From: Candidatus Moanibacter sp. | GTDB lineage: Bacteria > Verrucomicrobiota > Verrucomicrobiia > Opitutales > UBA2987 | Direction of reading: 5' to 3' | Assembly (NCBI GenBank): GCA_965226025.1 | Contig: CBDDCD010000003.1 | Location: forward strand, 1,382,077-1,446,076 | DNA: 64,000 nucleotides | In this document: one piece after another, positions 38,436 to 48,518 of the stretch | How the letters are laid out: every line of letters starts with the position of its first letter | How positions within the stretch are numbered: position 1 is the stretch's first letter | The notes under the pieces: generated by a model | Databases searched by the model: none | What the model was told of the DNA's origin: nothing | What the model saw: only the letters and a program-made list of their open reading frames with translations | Made by a program: the position numbers and the translations under genes

Positions 38436-39100
38436 TTTCGCCGGTGTTAGCGAATATCTATCTGCATTACGTCTTGGACCTGTGGATAGAAAAGAGAGTG
38501 CCCCGACGGATCCGGGGGTGTAAGGTCTACATGCGCTATGCTGACGATTTTGTCGTTGGTTTCGAATATGGAGCAGATGCGCAGTGGTTCTATGAGGAAC
38601 TGCCCAAACGTCTGGCCAGGTTCGGCCTGAACATGGCGGCCGACAAGAGCGGAATCCTCCGCTTCAGTCGCTGTGATGTGAGAGGAAGCGGATGTTTCAC
38701 CTTCCTCGGGTTTGAGTTCTATTGGGCCCATACGCGAAACGGAAAGCTGACGGTGAAGCGGCGAACCTCAAAGAAGAAGTTCAAGAGCTCGCTGTTGAAC
38801 CTGAAAGAGTGGCTGAGGAAGAACCGCAGTCGCCCGCTCAAGGAGCTTGCCGTCACGCTGCGGCGCAAAAACCAGGGGTACTTCAAATACTACGGGGTCA
38901 TTGGGAACTCGTATATGTTAAAGCGCTATTGGCAGGAGAGCCGACGGATCATCTTCCGTGGTCTCAATCGCCGCAGCCAGCGCAAAAGCTACAATTGGGT
39001 TGGTTTTGAACAGATGTGGAAAACACTGGCTATACCGACCCCCAGAATCATAGAAAGACCCTACTGCCGACACCACCAATGGACTCTCTCCTATACATGA
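38436..39100 (+). pseudogene. ltrA: Group II intron RT/maturase, 3' half
   Basis: SPVLANIYLH, RYADDF, FTFLGF and domain X GYFKYY; no endonuclease domain. Confidence 0.9.
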
Positions 39101-39238
39101 ACAACGCCTCGCTGTCTCCACTGCGCGATCGCTCAGAGGAGCCCTGTGCGAGAAAACCGCACGCAGGGATCTGCGAGGGGGCCGTCGGGCAACCGGCGGT
39201 CCTACCTTGATGCCCCGGAAAGGTTAGTAGATGGCACA

Positions 39239-39913
39239 ATGAGCTGGAACGCAGAAGAACTAGACCCGAAGTATCCATTTGACCTCTTTGCGGTGAAATT
39301 CGAGCTGGACAAGACTCATACGGCATTGGTTGTGATCGATATGCAAATCGACTATTTGCATATCGACGAGAACTCTCCCGTGGGAAAGAAGTACCCCGAC
39401 ATTCGAAATTACTTCAATAGAAGAATCGATGAGATCGTGATGCCGAACTCAGTGAAGTTGATCAAGGCGTTCCGCGAGCGGGATCTAAAAATTGCATATA
39501 CACGAAATGGATGCATGACATCGCTGGGTGATGAGATGTCTGATCGACTAAGAGCACTGAACAACCCACCAAAATTGTGGAGAGGGACTCCGCGGTACGA
39601 AATTGCAGAAGCAATCTATCCCAGGCCAGAAGACCTGGTTATTGATAAACTGACCTCTGGTGGATTCACTTCAACTCAACTTGATCACGCATTGAGAAAT
39701 TATGGTGTTAGAGATGTTGTGGTAGTTGGGGTGTTCACCGATATGTGTGTCTTGGGCTCTGCGAGAGTTGCGGCCGAGTTGGGCTACAACACCATGATCT
39801 GCGAGAATTGCTCAGCTACGATGACACAACGAGCACATGACGAGGCCCTGCTGACCCATGCCAGAAGATTTGGCAGGGTTTCGACTGCAGACGACCTGAT
39901 CAAGGAGTTGTAG
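39239..39913 (+). CDS. Cassette: isochorismatase-family cysteine hydrolase
   Basis: ALVVIDMQ, VIDK..SGGF and GVFTDMCV. Confidence 0.9.
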   Translation: MSWNAEELDPKYPFDLFAVKFELDKTHTALVVIDMQIDYLHIDENSPVGKKYPDIRNYFNRRIDEIVMPNSVKLIKAFRERDLKIAYTRNGCMTSLGDEMSDRLRALNNPPKLWRGTPRYEIAEAIYPRPEDLVIDKLTSGGFTSTQLDHALRNYGVRDVVVVGVFTDMCVLGSARVAAELGYNTMICENCSATMTQRAHDEALLTHARRFGRVSTADDLIKEL

Positions 39914-40084
39914 AATAGTGAGCGCTAACAAATGAATGTACTGGATTTTCACTCGCTCCGCTCCTAAAAACCAGTGATTCAAATCGTTATGCGGCATCGA
40001 TAACTCGGTGGAGTCTTTGAGCAAACTGAGAAGTTGGCTCGCACTTGCGAACGCTCCGGCGGGCGGCGCTTCCAAAATTAGTCC

Positions 40085-40113
40085 TTGATATATATCCGCT
40101 ACGGATATAGTAT
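40085..40113 (+). promoter_or_regulatory. Promoter with palindromic operator upstream of the PadR-family gene
   Basis: TTGATA-N17-TAGTAT enclosing TATATCCG-CTA-CGGATATA. Confidence 0.6.
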
Positions 40114-40119
40114 CGTGGC

Positions 40120-40482
40120 ATGGCAAAGAGTACAACCAACGCGCCCCTCACTCCGGCAGTGCTTCATATCCTCCTCGCGCTTTCTACGAAAGAGCGGCAC
40201 GGCTATGGAATCATGAAGCAGGTCGAGTCGGACTCGCAGGGAAAGGTGAACATGGGGCCGGGTACGCTTTACGGCTCGATTGGTCGCATGATCGAGGCCG
40301 GATTGATATGCGAGAGCAACAAAAAGATAGACCCTGAAATGGACGACGAGCGGCGGGTCTATTACAAAATCACTGGCCTCGGCCAAAAAGCGCTCGCGGC
40401 GGAGTTGCAGCGATACCGCGAGGTCGTAGCGGTCGCCAAACAAAAACGGCTCTCGCCGAGTAATTTTGCGTATGGCATATGA
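40120..40482 (+). CDS. Cassette: PadR-family transcriptional regulator
   Basis: ILLAL...RHGYGIMK, GPGTLY and RRVYYKITGLG. Confidence 0.92.
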   Translation: MAKSTTNAPLTPAVLHILLALSTKERHGYGIMKQVESDSQGKVNMGPGTLYGSIGRMIEAGLICESNKKIDPEMDDERRVYYKITGLGQKALAAELQRYREVVAVAKQKRLSPSNFAYGI

Positions 40483-41239
40483 ACACTCAATACGACGATT
40501 CCGAAGCTGGTACGCAACACTGCTTCGTCTCTACCCGAAGCCGTACCGCGAGCGCTTTGGAGAACCGATGGAGCAAACCTTCAACGATCTTCTCCGAGCG
40601 CGCGCAGAGGAAGAAAAAGGATTATTCGGCTTCGCTCTCTGGATGTTCGTCGAAACATTCGCAGGACTTATAAGAGAGAACATAACAGTTATCATCATGC
40701 AAAACAAAAGCATTATCCGCATTGCGCTCGCGACAGCGTTCATATTGCTGCTGCCCTTGTTAGCGATGCAGTTCACCGATGAAGTGGTCTGGGACCTGGC
40801 CGATTTCGCTGTCGCCGGCGTCCTCCTGTTCGGCGCTGGTCTTACGTATGAGCTGATAGCGAGGAAGGCAGGCCATATCGCGTACCGAGGCGCCGTCGGC
40901 GTTGCGGTCGCGGCAGCGCTCCTCCTTGTCTGGATAAACCTTGCCGTTGGCATCATTGGAAACGAGGGAAACCCCGCCAACTTGATGTACATCGGGGTGC
41001 TCGCCGTCGGAATTATCGGTGCCCTCATCGCGCGCTTCCAGCCACATGGAATGGCGCGCGCGTTGTTCGCGACGGCGCTTGCTCAGATGTTGGTCGCCGT
41101 GATCACGCTGGCCGCTCGGCTAGGCACCAGTGGACCGGTCTGGCCGAGAGATGTATTGATCGCGACTGGATTCTTTGCCACGCTGTGGCTCGGATCGGCT
41201 TTGCTGTTTCAACGCGCAAGCGCCTCGGACCAGACGTAG
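40472..41239 (+). CDS. Cassette: PadR-associated multi-pass membrane protein
   Basis: LLRLYP..YRERFG..M..TF N-terminus followed by about six TM segments. Confidence 0.8.
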   Translation: MAYEHSIRRFRSWYATLLRLYPKPYRERFGEPMEQTFNDLLRARAEEEKGLFGFALWMFVETFAGLIRENITVIIMQNKSIIRIALATAFILLLPLLAMQFTDEVVWDLADFAVAGVLLFGAGLTYELIARKAGHIAYRGAVGVAVAAALLLVWINLAVGIIGNEGNPANLMYIGVLAVGIIGALIARFQPHGMARALFATALAQMLVAVITLAARLGTSGPVWPRDVLIATGFFATLWLGSALLFQRASASDQT

Positions 41240-41407
41240 AACTGACGGCTTGAGTGGCGGTTTAGTACGCCAAGCGCAGAGAATGCTTTTGCCTGCGCAC
41301 TTTGAACGCGACATGGCAAACTTTCTGGATCGGCAGCAGGATTCCGATGTAGAGTCTACGTTCAACGACGCTAAAGTTCCCAGAGGGCCGCTGCTGCCGC
41401 CTAACAA

Positions 41408-41876
41408 GGTAAGGATTAGAAACCGATCCGAAGATTCGGTTCTAATCCCTGGTTCATGAAGCCGCGGGTAAAAGGGGAATGGTTCAGAGGGCCCGGAGGT
41501 GATAAGCGAGGGGAAAGGAGCCTTGGAGTGGGAGGAATGGAAGAGGAAGCCGAAGTGCCTGAGCTTGACGAAGCCCTTGGGCAGGACGTGCTGGAGGAAA
41601 CGGCGCATGTACTCAAGAGCCAGTACTCGCGCACCTCCTCTTCGCTGATATCCTCCAGGGCTTTGCAACAGAAGTTCTGCAGTTGCCGCAGGCCCCGCAG
41701 GTAACTCTGGATGGTTCTTATTGCATAGCTTTTCAGTTTTAGATCTGTTACATATTGATCGTATAGATCGGCGTTCATGGTATCTTCCTTTCATTTGATG
41801 ATTTAACCTTGTCGGGTGAAAGATACCGATCTGCATAAATCGCCTTAAACTGCCGCGTAGCAGCTTACTTGAACAA
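41408..41876 (-). mobile_element. Internally deleted IS91-like element (integrase N-terminus fused to a Y2 transposase fragment) in attC16
   Basis: MNADLYDQY..DLKLKSYAIRTIQSYL (integrase SAM-like) joined to RRFLQHVLPKGFVKLRHFGFL; AACAA on both sides; CAAG at the ori-like end. Confidence 0.8.
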
Positions 41877-42660
41877 GGTAAGGATTAGAAGCCGAGCCGA
41901 AGGTTCGGTTCTAATGCCTGGTTCATGAAGTCGCGGGTAAAAGGGGAATGGTTCAGAAGGCCCTGAGGTGATAAGCGAGGAGAAGTAGAAGCGGGGGTAT
42001 GAGGAAAGGTAAAGGAAGCAGGTAGAAGCAGAGTGGTAGGGTTCTGAAGAAGGGGGAAATGGGGGAATTCGGGTCGATAGGTGTAGTGAGGGCATAGTGA
42101 GACGGGCACGTGCTGCGATGGAATCGCGGCGCGTGGAGGAGGAAGTGAGTTGGAAGAGGTGCTTGAGCTGGAAACAGACTCAGCCGGTATCGGGAATGAT
42201 CAGGGGAGGGCTGCGAGAAGGCATGAATCGGATCCACTGCATGGGGAGCCGACAGCGAGGACAGCGCAGAGGTTTGGGTTTTATGGGCGGAGTTGGTCGG
42301 GCCGTGGATGCAGGCAGGAGCTCGTAGAGGACGCAGATCAGTTGCCTGATTTTTTGCAGAGGAACTGTGAAGTTGGGCGAGAGGAAGCCGAAGTGCCTGA
42401 GTTTGACGAAGCCCTTGGGGAGGACGTGCTGGAGAAAACGGCGGATGAACTCGAGAGCCGGTAGAGAGAGCTTGCGCGATCGGCGCGAACCGACCTTTCG
42501 GTATTTGAAGATAACCTCCTGGCCGTCGTAAGAGACCACGCGCGCCTCTGAGATGGCGACCCGGAAAAGATAGGCACCGAGGTACTTGAGGGCACGACGA
42601 CCATCGCCGACGCTTTTACAGTGCACGACCCAGGGTTTTTGCCAGACCTGTGGTTTCTGA
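41877..42660 (-). mobile_element. Second tandem IS91-like element, only the transposase C-terminal part retained
   Basis: KPWVVH, YLGAYLFRVAISEAR, EFIRRFLQHVLPKGFVKLRHFGFL and CPRC; same terminal hairpin as 41408. Confidence 0.82.
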
Positions 42661-43198
42661 AAATTCCCGCACGTTGATAGCGTTGCACTTATGAATATGA
42701 ATGGTACTCTCCTCGGCCATGGGATTCTGCTTGGACATGATGGCAAAATTCATGATTTCCTGGTTCCGAGGCAGACGGGATTTGACTTTGGAGAACATGC
42801 CATTGCGCCAAGTGTCATCGGTCGGAATTTGGCTTAGGTTTTGCCTGGGCACATCAGGAAGAACAGGCACCTCACTTCATGGGTAGCGACCACAAACTAC
42901 CATAACGGTGACCCTTCTCCATAATGAATTCAAGGAAGGAAGGCTGAGGAGGATCTCACGTGAGGGGAGTCTCTGCGAATGAGTCTTCGGAGTAGATCGA
43001 TTGATCCAGCCGGCCAAAATCAGGAGCAGCAGCTGTCAGGGTTTGAGCACGAAGTTCATAGTTGACTAGATTCTCACGTCTGGGGCTCAGGCGCAAGGCA
43101 AGAGGAAGTTGGGTTGAATCAAGGCAGACTTCTGTTCGACTTGGAGGTTCCAATTTCTCGTGCAACAGAGACTCGTGGGTCGACCGAATATCTTGACC

Positions 43199-43306
43199 CT
43201 ACGGCAGGTTGCATCGGGCGAGGTGAAAGGCGATGGAGGCCTCGACGATTCCAGCGCCAATTACGACTACAGGATTCCCGTCAGAGGCGTTGACTGGCAG
43301 TTGCAT
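43199..43306 (-). pseudogene. Fragment of a FAD-dependent oxidoreductase
   Basis: VVVIGAGIVEASIAFHLAR (degenerate GxGxxG) followed by a stop. Confidence 0.5.
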
Positions 43307-43424
43307 CCTATAACCCGCCGTACTGGCAATTTGCTCAATCGCAAATTTCACTTTTACCGGAGGTCCATATTCAACTGAATGGCGTTTCATATTTGCCGAG
43401 TAGTTGGGGGATGAGATAACCGGG

Positions 43425-44966
43425 CTAGTCGTAGTTGATCGACAGGCGGACCTCTTTGAGGATCACCGGATTCAGGCGAGGCGACCCTCCCTTGATTATT
43501 CGCACCGTCACCTCGTTGATCCCCTTTCTCAGCACCGATGGCGGCACGTCGAACTCGATCAAGGTTCCCTCGACGGTCTCGATCGACAGGGTCGTGTGGT
43601 AGACATCGCCGTCGAAGACGTGGTAGCCCCACCCGTCAGTGGAGACACGGCGTGCGTCCCACGCGAGGATGTCACCGTTGACGCTGACATCGAGTTCGTC
43701 GTCATCGGCGATGTTGCCGAAGCCCAGGCCGAGCTTGACGGAGCTCGCAGCTGAGGCATCGTCAGCAACGTCCATCTGCAGCACGGAGCCGCCGTCGGGC
43801 AGGGTTTCCTCCAGGAAGACGGGGAGTTGGGCGAGCGGAATCGCATAGCGGAAGGCGCCCACGTGGGCGTGTTTGGATTCGACTCTGTCGGTATGGTCCA
43901 GCTCGTAGCGTTTGTTCAAGCGAGGCAGACGCTCCCTGTTGACTATCTCGCCCAGGACTCGGCGCTTCCACTCGTTTGGGGTGTTGAAGTAGTTGAAGAG
44001 GTAGAAGCCGTCGACGCCGGCATCCCAGAATCTGGCCGCCAGGGCTCGAAGCACCTCCTCGTCCAGGGCCCAGCGCAGGGCCTCGAAGCTGCCGAGGATC
44101 TGGCAGTCGGTTCCTTCGGTCGCTGCCACGAACTGGCGGATCGGCTGCTCGAAGGGGATGAATCCTCCACCCGCCGCGACCATGTCGACCAGGCCCTCTT
44201 TGATCCACCGCTCGACGTCCAGGCCGATTCTCGCACTATCGTACAGGGTTGGCGGAACGCGCACCAGGAGGTCCAGGTGGCGGCCTCGCTCGGCTCCGAC
44301 TTCATCCATGCGGGCACGGATGCGTTGGATGAAGTCAGTCATCAGGTAGCAGTTTGCATAGGCCTCCTCGGGGCGGAAGAAGGCGGGGTGGCGCATGTAG
44401 TCGAGCTCGACGCCGGCAATGTCGAAGCGCTCGAACAGCTCGAAGATCACGGCGAGGAGATGGTTGCGGACACCCGGGAACTTGTAGTCGACGCCGCGGG
44501 CAATGGCGTGCTCGATGGTCGGGGCGGAAATGTACTCGTCCGGCTGACCGATGAGCCAGTCCCGGTGCGTCCTGCGAAAGTTGCCGTATCCCGGGGCGTT
44601 GAACGGGATGTTGTAGTGGCTGTTCATGCGCATGGACGGGAAGACATCGATGCCCGCCTCAGTGAACTGCCTGTTGATTTCGGTCAGGGGACCGCCGCAG
44701 GTCTCGGCGAGGTCCTGGAGGTTTTTCTTGGCCCAGTAGTGGCGCTCGTCCTCGAAGATTTCGAAGCCGTCGCCCGTCCGCTCGCCTACCGATGTCTCGA
44801 ATTCATAGGTCTCCGAGTTGCCGACGCACCAGCTGACGACATCAATCGGCGACCCTTCGTATGTCTCGATCATCAGTTCTCTGATGGTCTCGGGTGTCAC
44901 AGGGCCGGTCATGTTGCTCATGAGCCAGCCGTCGTCATTGCTGATGATGCGGCGATTCTTGGGCAC
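43425..44966 (-). CDS. Glycoside-hydrolase-like TIM-barrel protein (GHL10/DUF187-like)
   Basis: FPSMRMN, VDYKFPGVRNH, DIAGVELDYMRHP and AGVDGFYLFNY. Confidence 0.7.
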   Translation of the reverse strand: MPKNRRIISNDDGWLMSNMTGPVTPETIRELMIETYEGSPIDVVSWCVGNSETYEFETSVGERTGDGFEIFEDERHYWAKKNLQDLAETCGGPLTEINRQFTEAGIDVFPSMRMNSHYNIPFNAPGYGNFRRTHRDWLIGQPDEYISAPTIEHAIARGVDYKFPGVRNHLLAVIFELFERFDIAGVELDYMRHPAFFRPEEAYANCYLMTDFIQRIRARMDEVGAERGRHLDLLVRVPPTLYDSARIGLDVERWIKEGLVDMVAAGGGFIPFEQPIRQFVAATEGTDCQILGSFEALRWALDEEVLRALAARFWDAGVDGFYLFNYFNTPNEWKRRVLGEIVNRERLPRLNKRYELDHTDRVESKHAHVGAFRYAIPLAQLPVFLEETLPDGGSVLQMDVADDASAASSVKLGLGFGNIADDDELDVSVNGDILAWDARRVSTDGWGYHVFDGDVYHTTLSIETVEGTLIEFDVPPSVLRKGINEVTVRIIKGGSPRLNPVILKEVRLSINYD

Positions 44967-45198
44967 GGATCCTCCTAGTCTTCGCGGAGCACTGTCCTTG
45001 TCTTTTCGGGGCGAATGCTTGACACGGCATCTCGTAACAGAGCACCTTTATGTCCGGTAAATAATTACCGGCAAATAATAGGATGCCCAGCGGCACGATG
45101 CAAGACCATGATCGGCCAAGGTCGAACCCTCATCTGCTGATCGGACGGGGCGCGAAGCTCCCGAAGCCGAGCAGTGACCATCAAAATCGAGGAGAAAT

Positions 45199-46059
45199 CA
45201 TGTCCAGACCACGCATTTTGTTCTACCACGACGGACGCCATCCGCTCATCTATATGTACGAGCCTCCCATGCAAAAGGAGGAGTACGAGCAGGCCGTCGA
45301 CGAGTTGATCGGCACGCCGGTGGAGGCCATCATGTTCTGCCTGGGAGACGGGCGCACTGTGCTCCACGATACTAAAGTGGGCGAACTGTGGGGCACGCCC
45401 AATGAGCAATGGTCGCACCTGATCTTTCGGCGTGCCCATCAAAACGCAAAACACCTCATCGAAGAGGGCAACGACCCCCTGCGCATTGTCTGCGAGCGCG
45501 CCCATGCCAAGGGTTTTCTGCTCTACCCGACCCTGCTGGTGCAGCAGGGCAGCGGCGAACGAGGTGCGGATACGCGCGGCTCGAACTTCCGCTTTGACAA
45601 CAAGCACCTGGAGATCGGGGCCCGGAAGGATCTGGATACAGGATTTCCAGGCGCCGAATGCCTGGATTTCAAGCGCGAGGAGGTCCGCCAGGAGCGCTTT
45701 GCGCTGATCGATGAAACCCTGAACAACTACCCGGTCGACGGCTTTGAGTTGCAGATGAACTACACGCCTTACTACTTCCACCCGAACGAGGTCGAAGCAG
45801 GGCGCCAGATCATGACTGGCTGGATTCGCCGGGTGTCTGAAGCGGTCAAAAAGAGTGGCGGCCAGCGCGAACTGGTCGTCCGCATTCCCAACAGTATCGA
45901 GGCCTGCCTGGAAAAGGGTATGGATGTGCGGGAGTGGATTGGCCAGGGCCTGGTCGATGCCCTGGTCGCCGAGGACCATGAAGAGGGGAACGTGGTTACC
46001 CAGGACACGGATTTCCGGCCTCTGGTGGAGGCCGCAGAGGGGTCCAATTGTCGTAACTA
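45199..46059 (+). pseudogene. Paralogous glycoside-hydrolase-like protein truncated by IS copy 2
   Basis: LDFKREEVRQER, YPVDGFELQM and DVREWIGQGLVD align with the divergent neighbour; ends at the IS. Confidence 0.72.
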
Positions 46060-47876
46060 GAGCCCGTCCCAGTGGTGGAAACAATTGATTTTTAATGAGT
46101 TATGGGCAAAAAAAAGGCCGGATAGAGCTGCAAAAAGCTCGATCCGGCGAAAAAGGGCGCTTATGCTTGCGTTAGTCAAATACAAAGCACGCCCTTCTCA
46201 TGAAAAATATTGCCGTACAAAGCTTCCTGCGTCCAGCCCTAACTCCAGTCATTCGATGCAAAGACTACACCGTGTTTCTGGAAACAATGGAGCGGATTGA
46301 CCGGGTTTTGATCGACTCCTCGCTGGAAAGGGAGGCGATCGTAAAAGCCTTGGAAGGATGGGATGAAGCGGGAGGGAAGGATCGGGAGCGACGCGCTCTA
46401 AGAGCGATAAAAGCGCTGCGGGTGGAGGTGGTGCGTCATTTACTCGGAGGGATATCCTTTCGTTGTCTGTCGCAGGAGTTGGGACGCAGTGAGCTTCTGG
46501 CTAATTTTTGCCGGGTGCGTGAGGTAGACGGGATCCGGAAAATATCGAAGAGCAGTCTGGAACGGGATTCGAAATTCTTCGACGAAGCGTATCTGAGACA
46601 GCTGCATGCAAGGATGACCGAGGTGGTGGGCAATGCTGAACATTGTGGTGAGGCAGGATTAGAGAAGCCGATCGATACGAGGGAATGCCTGATCGACGCC
46701 ACTTGCCTGGAAGCGAACATCCACTGGCCCGTGGACTGGGTCTTGCTCAAGGATGTGGGAGCAACGCTGCTCAAGGCGATCAGTCTGATCCGGCAGGCGG
46801 GAATGAAACAGCGCATGCCCCAGGGAGCAAAGGGATTGGCTCGGGAGATGAACAAACGGTGCCTGGAGATGACGCATGCGCGTCGGCGCCGGGAGGCGGG
46901 CAAAGCGCGTAAAGGGATCCTGCGGCGGATGAAGCTATTGCTCAAGAAGATTGAGGGCCATGCCCTTCGCCACCGTGACTTATTGGAAGCTATGTGGATG
47001 CAAAGCGATTACACCGAGAAGAAGGCGAGCCGAATCATCGAGCGAATGGATGGTATGTTAGAGCAGATACCGCAGGTCATGAAACAGGCGCACGAACGGA
47101 TCATAGGGGGGCGGCAGGTGAAGAATGAGGAGAAGATCCTGAGCGCCTACGAACCTGAGATTGACGTCATCGTGCGAGGCAAGGCAGATCGGGAGGTGGA
47201 GTTTGGCAACACCCTTTATTTATGCGAGAGCGCAGAGGGATATCTGTTGGACTGGAAACTGTATGGGGGGCAGGCCCCGAGCGAATTGAAGCAGCTTTGG
47301 GAAAGTCTGGAGAGGCAAAAGGGCTTCGCTTTAGAGGAGAAGATCGAAGCGATCAGTGGGGATCGGGGCTATGCCTCGAAGGCGGCCAGCAAGCGGCTCC
47401 AGGCAGAGGGGATTTTTGACGCCCTTACGCCCCGCAATCCACAAGAGCTCAAGGAGCGGATGGAGGAGCCGCGCTTTGTCCGGTTGCAGCGACGACGAGG
47501 GAGCACCGAAGGCCGGATCGGAGTGCTCAAGAACCGATGGCACGGGGGCAAGATACGCAGCAAAGGCTTTGACAACCGTAACCTTAGCGTGGCCTGGTCG
47601 GTTCTGTCCCACAATCTATGGAAAATCGCGCAGAGACTTGCGCAAGAACATGAGAAAGAGGCAACGCAGGCGGCATAGGGATCCAAGAATCGAGTCAGAG
47701 GCGCTTCCTTGGGAGAACTATCGACTCAAAGCGAGAGGAAGGGTGCTGGAAAGGTGCATAACGGATAAAAGGTAAGCTACCGAGGACGGAAGGCATGTCG
47801 TGGTCTACATAACGTGACGAAGATTGATATCGGTATCAGGCTTCCACCCAAATCCTCTCGGATTTGGGACAGCCTC
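46060..47876 (+). mobile_element. IS5/ISNCY-like insertion sequence, copy 2 (1817 bp), no matching TSD
   Basis: Same ends as copy 1; flanks TAACTA and TAGATA. Confidence 0.9.
46200..47678 (+). CDS. DDE transposase (IS5/ISNCY-like), intact
   Basis: IDATCLEANIHWPVD, VRGKA...VEFG, GDRGY and R..TEGRIGVLK. Confidence 0.88.
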   Translation: MKNIAVQSFLRPALTPVIRCKDYTVFLETMERIDRVLIDSSLEREAIVKALEGWDEAGGKDRERRALRAIKALRVEVVRHLLGGISFRCLSQELGRSELLANFCRVREVDGIRKISKSSLERDSKFFDEAYLRQLHARMTEVVGNAEHCGEAGLEKPIDTRECLIDATCLEANIHWPVDWVLLKDVGATLLKAISLIRQAGMKQRMPQGAKGLAREMNKRCLEMTHARRRREAGKARKGILRRMKLLLKKIEGHALRHRDLLEAMWMQSDYTEKKASRIIERMDGMLEQIPQVMKQAHERIIGGRQVKNEEKILSAYEPEIDVIVRGKADREVEFGNTLYLCESAEGYLLDWKLYGGQAPSELKQLWESLERQKGFALEEKIEAISGDRGYASKAASKRLQAEGIFDALTPRNPQELKERMEEPRFVRLQRRRGSTEGRIGVLKNRWHGGKIRSKGFDNRNLSVAWSVLSHNLWKIAQRLAQEHEKEATQAA

Positions 47877-48307
47877 TAGATAACTTTCCCTTGTCGAATC
47901 AGGATATCGAGCGCGCGCAGAGTTTCGTCAAGTGGAGTTTCGGAATCCCAACTGTGAAGGAGGTAGAGATCGATGTGGTCGGTCTGCAGGCGCTTCAGGC
48001 TCCGCTCGATCTCCCTCATGATATGGTAGGCGGATGAGCCCAGGTCATTGGGGAGGCCTCCCGTAGGACTGTGCACTTTGCTCGTAATGACGAGATCGTC
48101 ACGCCGACCTTTAATGGCCTTGCCCAGCACAGTTTCGGACCAGCCTTGGCCGTAGATATTGGCGCAGTCCATGAAGTTGATGCCGTGATCAATGGCACAC
48201 TCGATCGTTTTTCTGGCGACACTTTCATCGCGGGTTCCACGAAATGCGGTACCGAGACAGAGTCGGGAGACCTTGAGGCCCGTGTTTCCGAAGCGTGTGT
48301 ATTTCAC
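47877..48307 (-). pseudogene. Aldo/keto reductase truncated by IS copy 2
   Basis: GLKVSRLCLGT, DCANIYG and SLKRLQTDHIDLY; ends at RQGKVI at the IS end. Confidence 0.85.
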
Positions 48308-48518
48308 CCCAACGTCTCAAACGGCTTCTTAAGGGCAGACGAAAGTTGGATTGCCATGGAAGTAAACTGATGAAGTACCCTTAGAACTCAATCGCCAATG
48401 TAAGTGAGGATAAAAGAATGCCCTTAAGAAGCCTAAATCCGACAAGCGCGAATAGCTGCGTTCCCGAAGGTCCCTGATAATTGAATATTGAAAATTCGAT
48501 GTTGGGACAATCGAGCCT

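Larger units (their letters stand above)
34977..39211 (+). mobile_element. Group II intron inserted in the R' core of attC14 (GTTA|GCC); 2011 nt without its internal insertion
   Basis: 5' GTGCG at 34977; domain V GAGCCCTGTGCGAGAAAACCGCACGCAGGGATC; domain VI ending CCTACCTTGAT at 39211; RT ORF inside. Confidence 0.92.
25296..41407 (+). mobile_element. Integron gene-cassette array with 16 whole or partial attC sites
   Basis: attC at 25690-25764, 26459-26522, 27112-27237, 28207-28619 (interrupted), 29194-29256, 29608-29698, 30555-30627, 31025-31088, 31283-31373, 32001-32122 (truncated), 32574-32627 (3' half), 33516-33639, 34365-34423, 34917-34976 (intron), 39923-39992 and 41399-41407 (interrupted). 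Each cassette's 5' core matches the reverse complement of its R'' at 6-7 of 7 nt. Confidence 0.93.

Noticed and set aside
35437-39100. RT as a retron, DGR or defence-associated RT
   Set aside because: A GTGCG start, domains V/VI and maturase domain X identify a group II intron; no TR/VR pair or msr-msd seen.
38330-39100. Stand-alone 256-aa ORF
   Set aside because: Its first ~35 codons are recombinase-element DNA; the rest is the 3' half of the split RT.
39993-40084. Extra attC upstream of the PadR-family gene
   Set aside because: Only weak palindromy and no GTT core; treated as cassette leader DNA.
25296-41407. CRISPR array or other regular repeat-spacer array
   Set aside because: The recurring elements are variable-length attC palindromes separated by genes; there are no identical 23-50-bp repeats with regular spacers and no cas genes.
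42660-43190. Additional gene or cassette after the IS91-like remnant
   Set aside because: Only short interrupted frames and no attC; no family could be recognised.
8513-47876. Composite transposon or inversion bounded by the two IS copies
   Set aside because: Copy 1 has its own intact TATGTTA duplication and its flanks do not match those of copy 2.
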